This document shows positions 10,979 through 21,209 of a stretch of DNA of 64,000 nt, one piece after another; position 1 is the first letter of the stretch; each line of letters opens with the position of its first letter. This DNA is from Alphaproteobacteria bacterium MarineAlpha5_Bin7 (GTDB lineage Bacteria > Pseudomonadota > Alphaproteobacteria > HIMB59 > GCA-002718135). The position numbers were made by a program, and so were the translations under genes. The stretch lies in NCBI GenBank assembly GCA_002938195.1, contig PTKX01000003.1, positions 5,454-69,453 of the forward strand, given 5' to 3'. The notes under the pieces are model-generated. The model did not search any database and was not told the origin of the DNA. It saw only the letters and a program-made list of their open reading frames with translations.

Positions 10979-12071
10979 AATTATATTTATAATAATTATT
11001 TTTTATTCTAAAAATGTTTATGTTGAAGAGATCAAAATTATTTTTTCAATAGATGAAGATGCATATACATCAATAGATTTAAAAAAAAGAATTGAATACA
11101 TAGATATAGTAACAAATAATAAAAAATTTGAATATGATGAATATTTAGAAGATTATATATCGGCATTAATATTTAACCATTATGCAAATAAAGTAAATGT
11201 AAATACCAATAATGAAATCTTACATAATTATTTAAATGAAATAATTGAAAGATATAATACTATTGATCAAGAAATATATAATAAATTAAAAAATTTAAAT
11301 GAAAGTCAAAAAAATACATTATTAAAGCATATAAATTATGATTACAGAAAAAAATTAATTTTAGAAAAACTATTAAGTAAAAAAAATATAAATAATAATT
11401 CCCTTAACGATAATATTTTAGATATTTACAGTATCGAAATAATATATTTTTCATTTGACAGAAAGTATCTAGAAAATATTGAAGATATAAATAATTTAAT
11501 AGAATCAAAAAAAATAAAAATAATTGAAAATGAATTAAATTCAATGAATATTAATTACAAATATAATAATAAAAAATTAACATCGTTAAACAATCTTGAT
11601 AATGAAATAAAAGATTCAATAACAAATAATAAATATAAAAATTTATTTACTGTTATTAACAATAATAATTTTGCTGTGGGCTGGGTAATTAAAAATATAA
11701 GAACTAATATAGAATTAAAATATACATTTTTTCAGATAACATCATCACAAACCATTAACCAAGAATTAATAAAATGTGAAAATATAGATAAATTGTCAAA
11801 ATTAGAAAATATTGTGATTAAAAAGTTTGAAAAAATTGATTTAAATAAAATTAATGATGCAATTAAAACAAATTTAAATTTTATAAATGATTTTATTTTA
11901 ATTAATAATAATAATCAAAAATCATTAATAATTCTTTGCGATTTAGATTATAATAAAAACTTATCCAAACAACTTTTATTTGATGAAAAGATATTAGAAG
12001 AAGTGCAAGACATCGAAAATGAATTTTTATTGCAAAAAAAAATAGAATATAATTTAAAAATTTATGAATAA
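10935..12071 (+). CDS. SurA-like periplasmic chaperone (called from operon position); no recognisable parvulin PPIase signature
   Basis: 378 aa with an N-terminal hydrophobic signal. It sits between lptD and pdxA, where surA is found in Proteobacteria. An alternative TTG start at 10971 would give an 8-nt TTGATTAA overlap with the lptD stop. Confidence 0.55.
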   Translation: MNGRLEVQVIHFLIKIIFIIIIFYSKNVYVEEIKIIFSIDEDAYTSIDLKKRIEYIDIVTNNKKFEYDEYLEDYISALIFNHYANKVNVNTNNEILHNYLNEIIERYNTIDQEIYNKLKNLNESQKNTLLKHINYDYRKKLILEKLLSKKNINNNSLNDNILDIYSIEIIYFSFDRKYLENIEDINNLIESKKIKIIENELNSMNINYKYNNKKLTSLNNLDNEIKDSITNNKYKNLFTVINNNNFAVGWVIKNIRTNIELKYTFFQITSSQTINQELIKCENIDKLSKLENIVIKKFEKIDLNKINDAIKTNLNFINDFILINNNNQKSLIILCDLDYNKNLSKQLLFDEKILEEVQDIENEFLLQKKIEYNLKIYE

Positions 12072-13026
12072 ATTAATTGCAGTAACTATAGGAGATATAA
12101 ATGGTGTAGGCATAAAAATTTTAATTAATTTATGGTTAGCAAATAAAATAAATAATTTTGTATTGGTAACTAATTTAAATATATTTAATAATTTTTTAAA
12201 GAAGAATAAAATTAAATTACCTTTAGAATTATATAAAACTAAAAAACAATTAAATTATAATAAAAAATATTTTTATATTTATGATTATCCATCAAAAAAT
12301 GATATTGAAAATACATACCTCTCCTTAAAAAAAAGTTATGATTTAACCATAAATAAATATTGCAAGGGTATAATCACCTTACCTTTAAATAAAAATATAA
12401 TTAAAAAAAATTGTAATAAAAATTTTATGGGACAAACAGAATATTTTCAAAATATTGACAATAAAAATATATCAAATATGATATTTTATTCGAATAATTT
12501 AATAATTTTAACCCTAACTACTCATATTCCTATAAAAAGAATTAATTATTACATTAAGAAGAAAAATTATATTTTTGATAAAATAGAATCATTTAACAAA
12601 ACATTGATAAAAGATTTTAATATTAAAAAACCAAGAATAGCTATATCTGGAGTTAATCCACATGCTGGAGAAGAAGGAATTATTGGAAACGAAGAAAAAA
12701 AATATATTTTACCTATAATTAAAAAATTAAAAAAAAATAATATAAATATTATAGGACCTTTATCAGCTGATAGTTTATTTTATAAAGAGAATTTAAAAAA
12801 ATATGATAGTTTTATTTGTTTTTATCATGATCAAGCTTTAATTCCGTTTAAGATATTAAAAGGTTTTAATGGAATTAACTATACAGGATCGCTAAATATA
12901 ATAAGAATATCACCTGATCATGGAACAGCATATGATGTAACTATTAATGAAATTAATAACAATAGCTTATATGAATGTTTTAAGAATATTAATTTTTTTA
13001 TAAATAATAGATCTAAAATTGATTAA
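12064..13026 (+). CDS. pdxA: 4-hydroxythreonine-4-phosphate dehydrogenase
   Basis: 320 aa with GVNPHAGEEG, YHDQALIPFK and SPDHGTAYD motifs. Confidence 0.9.
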   Translation: MNKLIAVTIGDINGVGIKILINLWLANKINNFVLVTNLNIFNNFLKKNKIKLPLELYKTKKQLNYNKKYFYIYDYPSKNDIENTYLSLKKSYDLTINKYCKGIITLPLNKNIIKKNCNKNFMGQTEYFQNIDNKNISNMIFYSNNLIILTLTTHIPIKRINYYIKKKNYIFDKIESFNKTLIKDFNIKKPRIAISGVNPHAGEEGIIGNEEKKYILPIIKKLKKNNINIIGPLSADSLFYKENLKKYDSFICFYHDQALIPFKILKGFNGINYTGSLNIIRISPDHGTAYDVTINEINNNSLYECFKNINFFINNRSKID

Positions 13027-13771
13027 ACCAAAAAAATCATTAAGTCAAAATTTTTTAATTGATAAAAATATCTCTAAAAAAATTGTAAATTTAACAAAAA
13101 TTACTAATGATATAATTATAGAGATTGGACCAGGCACTGGAAATTTAACAGATGAAATTATTAAAAATAAACCCAAAAAATTAGTATTAATTGAAAAAGA
13201 TAAATCATTATACTCATTATTAAAAAAAAAATATAATAATGATAAAAAAATTGAATTAATTAATATTGATGTATTAGATTACGATTTTGATAAAATTAAA
13301 GTTCCATTTAAAATTATATCTAATCTTCCATATAACATTAGCACCAAAATAATTTTTAAAATTTTAAAACTAAAAATAAACATCATAGAAATGATATTTA
13401 TGATTCAAAAAGAAGTGGCAAAAAAAATGTATTATAAAAATAATATAAAAAAAAATAGACTAAATTGTTTTATTGCTATTACATCTAATTATCACATAGA
13501 ATTTGATGTTAGTAAAAATGTTTTTTTTCCTAAACCCAAAGTAGACTCTACAATTGTTAAAATTATACCTAAGAAAAATAATAATTATGATTTGTATAAA
13601 TTTGAAGAATTTACTAGAAAACTCTTTAATAATAAAAGAAAAAAAATTTCTTTTTTTATCAAAAAAAACAAATTAAATAAAAACAAATTAGATATAAATG
13701 TTATAAATAAAAGAGCAGAAGATTTAAAAATTGAAGAAATATTAGAAATTTTTAATCAATTTTATATTTAA
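13019..13771 (+). CDS. rsmA: 16S rRNA (adenine1518/1519-N6)-dimethyltransferase
   Basis: 250 aa with LSQNFL, the SAM motif EIGPGTGNLT, and NLPYNIST. It has a TTG start that overlaps the pdxA stop. Confidence 0.92.
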   Translation: MIKPKKSLSQNFLIDKNISKKIVNLTKITNDIIIEIGPGTGNLTDEIIKNKPKKLVLIEKDKSLYSLLKKKYNNDKKIELINIDVLDYDFDKIKVPFKIISNLPYNISTKIIFKILKLKINIIEMIFMIQKEVAKKMYYKNNIKKNRLNCFIAITSNYHIEFDVSKNVFFPKPKVDSTIVKIIPKKNNNYDLYKFEEFTRKLFNNKRKKISFFIKKNKLNKNKLDINVINKRAEDLKIEEILEIFNQFYI

Positions 13772-14357
13772 GTATTTTAATATTATTTTTTTCTTTAAAA
13801 GTTTCATAATCTATAATTTTTTTTAAATTATTAACAGTATCTTTGATTTTATCATTAATAAGGACAAACTTATATTCATTGTAGTGACTGATTTCATCTA
13901 CTGCCAATGATAGTCTTTTTTTAATTTCTTTATTATTATCTCTTCCTCTATTAATTAATCTACGTTTAAGTTCTTTTTTAGTTGGTGGAAGAATAAAAAA
14001 ATCAATAATTTGAGATTTTTTAAACTTTTTTCTGATTTTTTTTGCACCTTGCCAATCTATATCAAAAAGAATATGTTTATTTTTTCTGAAAGCTTCATTA
14101 ATATTTCTTAATGGTGATCCATAGTAATAATCAAAAACTTTAGCTGTTTCTATAAAATATTTTTTTCTTTTTTTTAATAAAAACTCTTTTTGATTTATAA
14201 AATAATAATCTGTAGCATTCTTTTCATTTTTTCTTTTAGGCCTAGTAGTAAATGAAATAGATAATTTTATATTTTTATTTTTTTTAATCAAATGTTTACA
14301 AATTGTAGTTTTGCCAGCCCCTGAAGGTGAAGAAATAATGATGATTTTATTTTTCAT
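13752..14357 (-). CDS. gmk: guanylate kinase
   Basis: 201 aa with P-loop SSPSGAGKTT, plus FTTRPKR and YYGS motifs. Confidence 0.93.
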   Translation of the reverse strand: MKNKIIIISSPSGAGKTTICKHLIKKNKNIKLSISFTTRPKRKNEKNATDYYFINQKEFLLKKRKKYFIETAKVFDYYYGSPLRNINEAFRKNKHILFDIDWQGAKKIRKKFKKSQIIDFFILPPTKKELKRRLINRGRDNNKEIKKRLSLAVDEISHYNEYKFVLINDKIKDTVNNLKKIIDYETFKEKNNIKILKYKID

Positions 14358-15318
14358 TTTTTCTGTATTCTTTTAATTTTTTTTTATGTTTCTCAAATGT
14401 CTTTGAATAAATATGTCGATTTAATCTATTATTATAAAAATAAAATAAGTAATCACTATTATAATTTTCTAAAATTATATCAATAGTTTTTCTACTTACA
14501 TAACAAATGGGTAAAGGTGGAAGACCTTTGATGAAATAAGTATTATAAATATTAGGATTTTTTAAATCTTTTAAAGATAATTTTTTTGTAAATTTATACT
14601 TTCCTTGAGTGATAGAAAAGATAGTTGATGCATCTATTTGTAATTTCATATTTTTATTTAACCGATTTTGTATTACTGATGATATAACCCTTTTATCATC
14701 ATCATCAATTCCCTCCCTTTCTACTAAAGAAGCAATAATCATTATTTCATTCTGTGAAAATTTTTTTAATAAAATGTTTTTTGAATTTTTTAAAAAAAAA
14801 GCTTCTTTATTTTTTTTCATAATTTTTATGATATCGTTAATTGAATCTGTTGAACGGTATTTATAAGTATCGGCTAATATTTCATTATAATTTAACTTTA
14901 TTTTTTTCTTAAACCTTTCATAAAATAAATCAGTTAATTGATATTCTTGCCACCCATCTATTACAGCAAAATTATGATATACATTACTTGGCTCTGATAT
15001 AATTTTTGTTATAGATATTAAATTTGATTTTTTTGCGAAAATAAACTCACCATAATTAATTTTATCAACATATAAATTCCAAAATTTAAGAAAAATATAA
15101 TATATAAATTTTTCATGTTCATATGATTTAGTTAGTACAGCGGAAGAAATTTTATTTATGCTTGAGCCTTTATCTATTCTCATTACATATTCATTAGGAT
15201 TAATAATTTTAAATTGAAAAAAATAAATTAAATAAATTATTATTAAAAATGATAAAGATATGAAAAATCTTTTAATGAGACCTAAACAAAAGAGCTGTAT
15301 TTGTTCCTCCAAATCCAA
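14347..15318 (-). CDS. mltG: endolytic murein transglycosylase MltG (YceG-like)
   Basis: 323 aa with an N-terminal TM helix and the YceG motif MIIASLVEREG. It occupies the conserved position after fabF. Confidence 0.85.
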   Translation of the reverse strand: MDLEEQIQLFCLGLIKRFFISLSFLIIIYLIYFFQFKIINPNEYVMRIDKGSSINKISSAVLTKSYEHEKFIYYIFLKFWNLYVDKINYGEFIFAKKSNLISITKIISEPSNVYHNFAVIDGWQEYQLTDLFYERFKKKIKLNYNEILADTYKYRSTDSINDIIKIMKKNKEAFFLKNSKNILLKKFSQNEIMIIASLVEREGIDDDDKRVISSVIQNRLNKNMKLQIDASTIFSITQGKYKFTKKLSLKDLKNPNIYNTYFIKGLPPLPICYVSRKTIDIILENYNSDYLFYFYNNRLNRHIYSKTFEKHKKKLKEYRKNEK

Positions 15319-16528
15319 AAGAATTACTTAAGGAAATATTTACATTGTGATCCTGTGGAGTTTTAGCAACAAGATCAATATCAAAATTATGAGATGGGTT
15401 ATTTAAATTCAAAGTAGCTGGAACCTTATTGGTATTTATGCTTAAAATACTAAAAATAGCTTCTACACTGCCTGCAGCGCCTAATAAATGGCCTATTGAA
15501 GATTTAGTAGAACTAATTTTCGTTTTTTTATTACTCTTTATAAATTTAATTATTGCCCTAAGCTCAATATCATCACCAATCATTGTAGAAGTTCCATGAG
15601 CATTAATATAATCAATTTCTTCAGTATTTATTTTTCCCATTTTGCATGCTTCATACATGGCTCTATATCCGCCATCTCCATCTTCACTAGGTGATGTTAT
15701 ATGAAAAGCATCTCCAGACATCCCATAACCGATAATTTCAGCATAAATCTTTGCTCCTCTTTTTTTAGCATGATCAAGTTCTTCTAAAACAATTACTCCT
15801 GCGCCCTCTCCCATAACAAATCCATCTCTATCTTTGTCCCAAGGTCGAGAGGCTTCACTAGGAGTATCATTATAATGGGTAGATAAACTTTTAGCAGCAC
15901 AAAAGCCAGCCATGCCTAATTTACAAACAGCTGCTTCAGATCCTCCAGCTATCATAACATCTGCTGCATTTCTTTTTATAATTTCTGCTGAATCACCAAT
16001 GGAATGTGCACCTGTCGCACAGGCAGTTACAACAGCATGATTAGGACCTTTAAATCCATATTTGATAGAAATTTGTCCAGATAATAAATTAATTAAAGAA
16101 GAAGGTATAAAAAAAGGGGAAATTCTTCTAGGACCTTTTTCATCTAAAATATTTGCATTATTACTTATAGTCTCCAAACCACCTATACCTGAACCAACGG
16201 AAACTCCTATTCTAAGTTTTTGAGATTCATTAAGTAAATTAACTTTTGAATCTTTAATTGCAAGTTCAGATGCAATTAGTCCGTATCTAATAAAACGATC
16301 ATTTCTTTTTATTTCCTTAGGTTGTAAAAATTTTACTTCTTCAGAGAAATTTTCAGATTCAGGATCATTTGAAATAAAACCTGCAATTTTACAAGGAAGA
16401 TCACTTGTATCAAATTTAGATATTTTTTTAATTCCAGATTTACAATCAAGAAGATTATTCCAAGTACTTTTTGTATCATCTCCAATTGAAGTATAAAGAC
16501 CTACTCCAGTAACAACAACTCTCCTCAT
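15272..16528 (-). CDS. fabF: beta-ketoacyl-ACP synthase II
   Basis: 418 aa with the active-site Cys context VTACATGAHS, the His pair in INAHGTST and GHLLGAAG, and a C-terminal NSFGFGGTN. Confidence 0.96.
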   Translation of the reverse strand: MRRVVVTGVGLYTSIGDDTKSTWNNLLDCKSGIKKISKFDTSDLPCKIAGFISNDPESENFSEEVKFLQPKEIKRNDRFIRYGLIASELAIKDSKVNLLNESQKLRIGVSVGSGIGGLETISNNANILDEKGPRRISPFFIPSSLINLLSGQISIKYGFKGPNHAVVTACATGAHSIGDSAEIIKRNAADVMIAGGSEAAVCKLGMAGFCAAKSLSTHYNDTPSEASRPWDKDRDGFVMGEGAGVIVLEELDHAKKRGAKIYAEIIGYGMSGDAFHITSPSEDGDGGYRAMYEACKMGKINTEEIDYINAHGTSTMIGDDIELRAIIKFIKSNKKTKISSTKSSIGHLLGAAGSVEAIFSILSINTNKVPATLNLNNPSHNFDIDLVAKTPQDHNVNISLSNSFGFGGTNTALLFRSH

Positions 16529-16555
16529 TTATAAACTGCAATTTATATAAATATA

Positions 16556-16789
16556 TTATTTATTGTTTTCTATAAAATCTATTGCATCTTTAACTGTTAC
16601 TATAGTCTCAGCTGCATCATCTGGAATTTCAATACCAAACTTTTCTTCAAAAGCCATAACAAGTTCAACCGTATCTAAACTGTCTGCTCCTAAATCATCA
16701 ATAAATTTTGACTCTAAAGTTACTTTGGATTGTTCTATACCTAAATGATCTACAACAATTTTTCTTACCTGTTCTTCTATTTCACTCAT
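16556..16789 (-). CDS. acpP: acyl carrier protein
   Basis: 77 aa with the phosphopantetheine attachment site [13 protein letters not shown]. Confidence 0.97.
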   Translation of the reverse strand: MSEIEEQVRKIVVDHLGIEQSKVTLESKFIDDLGADSLDTVELVMAFEEKFGIEIPDDAAETIVTVKDAIDFIENNK

Positions 16790-16849
16790 TTTATCTCCCT
16801 TTTTTATCTATTTGATTATTAAAGAATTATCAAAGACTATGTCAACTTT

Positions 16850-17590
16850 TTATAACATTAACATACCCCCATTTATGTGCAAAGTTTGACCAGTGATATA
16901 AGAAGATAAATCGCTAGATAAAAACAAAGCCATATTAGCTACATCTTCAGGTTTTCCTAGCTTTTTCATAGGTATTTTTTCCATAATTGCGTCAACTTGA
17001 GCTTCATTTAAGCTGTTGGTCATAGGGCTTATAATAAAACCAGGGGCGATAGTATTAATTCTAATATTTCTCTGCGCTACCTCCAAAGCTAAAGATTTAT
17101 ACATAGCGATTATTCCAGATTTGGATGCTGCATAATTTGCTTGACCTGGATTACCAGTCAAACCAATAACTGAAGTAATGCCTATAATATTCCCTTTTTT
17201 ATTTTTAATCATATTGGGCAATAATGCTTTTAAAATATAAAAATTTGAATTTAAATTTACATTAATAACATTTTCCCATTGTTCTTCTTTCATGCGTAAA
17301 AACAGATTATCATCAGTTAATCCGGCGTTATTTATCAATATTGCTATATCCTTATGATCTTCTGAGATTGATTTTATATTACTAATAATAGAATTTTTAT
17401 CCAATAAATTCAAAGTATAATAATAATGATTATCACCATATAATTTTTTTAAATTTTCAGTTTTTTCTAAAGATGAACTTGTAAAAATAATGTTACAGCC
17501 ACTCTCAAAAAATTTTTTACTTAATTCTTTGCCGATTCCGCCAGAAGCGCCAGTAATCATTACTTTCTTATTTTCTAAATCATATTTCAT
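16850..17590 (-). CDS. fabG: 3-oxoacyl-ACP reductase
   Basis: 246 aa SDR with TGASGGIG, NNAG and YAASKSG motifs, located within the fab cluster. Confidence 0.93.
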   Translation of the reverse strand: MKYDLENKKVMITGASGGIGKELSKKFFESGCNIIFTSSSLEKTENLKKLYGDNHYYYTLNLLDKNSIISNIKSISEDHKDIAILINNAGLTDDNLFLRMKEEQWENVINVNLNSNFYILKALLPNMIKNKKGNIIGITSVIGLTGNPGQANYAASKSGIIAMYKSLALEVAQRNIRINTIAPGFIISPMTNSLNEAQVDAIMEKIPMKKLGKPEDVANMALFLSSDLSSYITGQTLHINGGMLML

Positions 17591-18509
17591 TAATAATATT
17601 TTCCAGATCTTCTTTAATATTTATATTTTTAATTTTAAAATTATTTGATATTCTTTTTATTAAGCCTGTCAAAACTTTTCCTGGTCCTATTTCAATTATA
17701 GAAGTTTCTCCAAGTTTTTCCAGAGTTTTAATACTATCGACCCATCTAACTTTATTAGACATTTGTTTTGATAAATTATCAAATAATATTGATGATTCTT
17801 TTGAATTTTTTCCAGAATAATTGGAAATTACTGAATATATTGGATTTTTAAAATTTATTTTATTTAAATTATTTTTCATTTCTTTTTCAGCATCAATCAT
17901 AATTTTTGAGTGAAAAGCAGCTGACACATTTAGATTTACTATTTTTTTAGCTCCATTTTCCATTAATTTTTTTTCTGAATTTATAAGATCTTCTTTTATA
18001 CCTGATATAACAACCTGTTGTGGTGAATTATCATTTGCTATTTCTATATTTAGGTTGTTCAATTCAATAATTTTTTCTAATTTAGCACATTCAATTCCAA
18101 TTACTGCTGACATTCCAGACTTGTTTTCAGAATAAGAATTATGCATCAATTCTCCTCTAGATTTTAATAATTTAGAACATTCACTGATAGTTAAAACTTC
18201 CGAAGCTACTAAAGCTGTATATTCACCTAATGAATGACCTAAAGTATATTCAATAGAAAAATTTTCCAGACCATATTTTTTTTTTAAAACATTAAAGATG
18301 CTAATTGATGCACAAAAAATAGATATTTGCGTATATTGAGTTATATCTAATAAATTTGATTTATTCTCAAAAATAATATCTTTTATTGATATCTTTGCGC
18401 TGTCTTCAACCTCTTGGAATACTTCTCTAGCTTCAGAGAAATTATCATAAAAATCCTTAACCATTCCAACAAATTGGCTGCCTTGTCCTGGAAAAACTAT
18501 AGCTGTCAT
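17580..18509 (-). CDS. fabD: malonyl-CoA:ACP transacylase
   Basis: 309 aa with FPGQGSQ and the active site GHSLGEY. Confidence 0.93.
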   Translation of the reverse strand: MTAIVFPGQGSQFVGMVKDFYDNFSEAREVFQEVEDSAKISIKDIIFENKSNLLDITQYTQISIFCASISIFNVLKKKYGLENFSIEYTLGHSLGEYTALVASEVLTISECSKLLKSRGELMHNSYSENKSGMSAVIGIECAKLEKIIELNNLNIEIANDNSPQQVVISGIKEDLINSEKKLMENGAKKIVNLNVSAAFHSKIMIDAEKEMKNNLNKINFKNPIYSVISNYSGKNSKESSILFDNLSKQMSNKVRWVDSIKTLEKLGETSIIEIGPGKVLTGLIKRISNNFKIKNINIKEDLENIINEI

Positions 18510-18596
18510 AATTTACTTGATTTATTTTAAAAAGTTAATATTAACAACTTTTACTTCACTCGGGAATTAATTTTTTGAGTTTTAACCAAGGAGTTT

Positions 18597-18917
18597 ATGA
18601 ATAAATTTGAAGCAGTAGTATTATTGAGTCCTGATTTATCCTCAACTAATATCCAAGAACAAGAAGATTCTTTTAAAAAGTTATTAACTAACAGTGAAGG
18701 TGCACTTCATGCTTCTGAGGATTGGGGATTGAGGGATTTGAGCTATAATATTAAGAATAACAAAAAGGCCTTTTATAAATTTTACCAGATAGAAATTGAA
18801 GGAAATAAAATCCAAGATATGAAAAAAATATTAACTCAAAATGAAAAAATTCTTAGATATTTATTTATAAAAGTAAAAAATCACGAAGATTTGCCAACAA
18901 AACTATTAAAAGAGTAA
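18597..18917 (+). CDS. rpsF: 30S ribosomal protein S6
   Basis: 106 aa. It is the first gene of the conserved rpsF-rpsR-rplI run, with AAGGAG 6 nt upstream of the ATG. Confidence 0.94.
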   Translation: MNKFEAVVLLSPDLSSTNIQEQEDSFKKLLTNSEGALHASEDWGLRDLSYNIKNNKKAFYKFYQIEIEGNKIQDMKKILTQNEKILRYLFIKVKNHEDLPTKLLKE

Positions 18918-18921
18918 AATC

Positions 18922-19173
18922 ATGAAATCAAGAGAAGATAGAAAAAATAATCCATTTGAAGAAAGAAAAAAGTTCTGCCCTTTTAGTCAACAAAATTCAC
19001 CTAAAATTAATTATAAAGATATAAGATTGCTATCTAGATATATTTCTGAAAAAGGCAAAATTACCCCAAGCAGAATAACAAATGTATCAAGTAAAAAACA
19101 AAAGGAACTTTCTAACGCAATCAAAAGAGCTCGTTTTTTAGCTTTAATGTCTTACACTCAAAAAAATAGTTAA
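18922..19173 (+). CDS. rpsR: 30S ribosomal protein S18
   Basis: 83 aa with the typical S18 core: [47 protein letters not shown]. Confidence 0.96.
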   Translation: MKSREDRKNNPFEERKKFCPFSQQNSPKINYKDIRLLSRYISEKGKITPSRITNVSSKKQKELSNAIKRARFLALMSYTQKNS

Positions 19174-19617
19174 ATGAAAGTTATATTAACAACAAATATT
19201 AAGAAGTTAGGCAAAGTCGGTGATCTAGTTCAAGTAAAAGATGGTTTTGCAAGGAATTATTTATTGCCAAAAAAAATGGCATTGAGAAATACACAGAATA
19301 ATATTGAACATTTTGAAAAAATAAAAGATGAGATTCAGGAAAAAGAGAATAAAAGAAAAGAAAATGCTCTTAATTTAATAGAAACTTTGAAAAAAACTAA
19401 AATTGAATTTAAGAAGGAATCTGACGAAAAAAAGCAATTATATGGATCTGTATCAAAAAAAGAAATTCAATTATTCCTTGAAGAAAAAGAGATAAAATTA
19501 TTATCAGATGATATTAAAATTCTTGAACCTATAAGATCATTAGGAGAACACATTATAGAAGTTAATCCTTATGAGGGAATAAATGAAAAAATAAAGGTTT
19601 TTGTTAAAAAGAATTAA
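19174..19617 (+). CDS. rplI: 50S ribosomal protein L9
   Basis: 147 aa with the typical L9 N-domain: MKVILTTNIKKLGKVGDLVQVKDGFARNYLLP. Confidence 0.96.
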   Translation: MKVILTTNIKKLGKVGDLVQVKDGFARNYLLPKKMALRNTQNNIEHFEKIKDEIQEKENKRKENALNLIETLKKTKIEFKKESDEKKQLYGSVSKKEIQLFLEEKEIKLLSDDIKILEPIRSLGEHIIEVNPYEGINEKIKVFVKKN

Positions 19618-19694
19618 TCAATTTATTCACACTATTATACTTTATTAACTTTTTTTATAATAGATTTAGTTGTTAAAAAATAGTTTTTTAATTA

Positions 19695-21209
19695 ATGACA
19701 ACTATGCCCGAAAATAAAATTAAACAAATAGAAGAAAAGAATTTAATATCAGACAAATTATCTAATTTTGATGCCGAAATAGCAATTATTGGCTGTATCC
19801 TATGGGATAACAAAACATATGAAAAAATAGCTGATTTTCTCCATGAAGATCATTTCACAGATATTAATAATAAAAAAATTTTTGCAGTTATCAAAAAATT
19901 ACTTGATCAAAATATTCTAGTCAGCCCTATTACTTTGAAGAATTATTTAGAAGAAAATGAGGATGAGAATATAGATAATTATAAATACTTAAATCAAATT
20001 AAAGACTCTGCTCCTTCGGTAGAAAATACTTATCAATTTGCAAAGTTAATATATGATTTACATATAAAAAGATCTTTAATTGGTATTGGTAATAGAATTA
20101 TCCAAGACACAATTTCTGACAAAGATCTGCTTGGAAATGATTTAATAGAAAATGCTGAAAATGACTTATATAATCTTTCTCAAACAGGTAGCTCAGAAAG
20201 AAAACATAAATATTTTAGTGAAGCTCTTAAAGATGCTGTAAATATTATTGATCAATCATTTAAAAGAGAAGGAAAAATAGCAGGAATACCAACTGGATTA
20301 AAAGATTTGGATAAAAAACTTGGAGGCCTACACAATTCTGATTTAATAATAATAGCTGGTAGACCTTCGATGGGGAAAACGGCATTAGGTACAAATATAG
20401 CATTCAATGCCGCAAAAAAATTTAAAGAATCTGTTGATGATTTTGATAATAAAATAACTATTGATGGAGGCAAAGTTGCATTTTTTTCACTGGAAATGTC
20501 AGCTGAGCAATTAGCTACTCGAATATTAGCGGAACAATCGAAAATAAGTAGTGATAAAATGAGAAAAGTTGTTGAACTAACAAAAGATGATTTTAAAAAA
20601 ATTGCAAAAGTCAGCTCAGAATTAGAAAATTTAAACTTATATATTGATGATAATCCTATTCTAACTATACCAGCTCTAAGAGCGAGAGCGAGAAGATTGA
20701 AAAGATTATATGATATTAATTTAATAGTTATAGATTATTTACAATTAATGTCAGGATCCTCCAATGTAAGAAACGATGGCAGAGTACAAGAAATATCTGA
20801 AATTACCAGAGGTCTAAAAGCTATTGCTAAAGAATTAAACATTCCAGTAATTGCATTATCACAGTTGTCTAGACAAGTTGAACAGAGGGAAGATAAAAGA
20901 CCACTATTGTCAGATCTTAGAGAAAGTGGAACAATAGAGCAAGATTCAGATGTAGTTATGTTTATATATAGAGAAAGTTATTATTTAGAAAGAATGGAAC
21001 CTATAAAAAAAGTTGATGAGTTAGAAGATAAATATACTGAAAGACATCAGCGTTGGAGAGAACTTTGCGAAAGTTCTTATAATACAGCTGAATTTATTAT
21101 TGCCAAACAGAGACATGGTCCTATCGGAACTATTAAAGCGCATTTCGATTCAAATTTTACTAAATTTAGTGATATATCTAATCAAGAATATGATAATATT
21201 ATTGAATGA
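19695..21209 (+). CDS. dnaB: replicative DNA helicase
   Basis: 504 aa with Walker A GRPSMGKTAL, Walker B LIVIDYLQLM, and the IAKQRHGP motif. Confidence 0.96.
   Translation: MTTMPENKIKQIEEKNLISDKLSNFDAEIAIIGCILWDNKTYEKIADFLHEDHFTDINNKKIFAVIKKLLDQNILVSPITLKNYLEENEDENIDNYKYLNQIKDSAPSVENTYQFAKLIYDLHIKRSLIGIGNRIIQDTISDKDLLGNDLIENAENDLYNLSQTGSSERKHKYFSEALKDAVNIIDQSFKREGKIAGIPTGLKDLDKKLGGLHNSDLIIIAGRPSMGKTALGTNIAFNAAKKFKESVDDFDNKITIDGGKVAFFSLEMSAEQLATRILAEQSKISSDKMRKVVELTKDDFKKIAKVSSELENLNLYIDDNPILTIPALRARARRLKRLYDINLIVIDYLQLMSGSSNVRNDGRVQEISEITRGLKAIAKELNIPVIALSQLSRQVEQREDKRPLLSDLRESGTIEQDSDVVMFIYRESYYLERMEPIKKVDELEDKYTERHQRWRELCESSYNTAEFIIAKQRHGPIGTIKAHFDSNFTKFSDISNQEYDNIIE

Noticed and set aside
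19632-19663. An 8-bp inverted repeat (ctattata / tataatag) with a 16-nt loop after rplI, considered as a possible terminator.
   Set aside because: The stem is almost entirely A-T with one G-C pair, the loop is large, and no U-tract follows. It is too weak to call.
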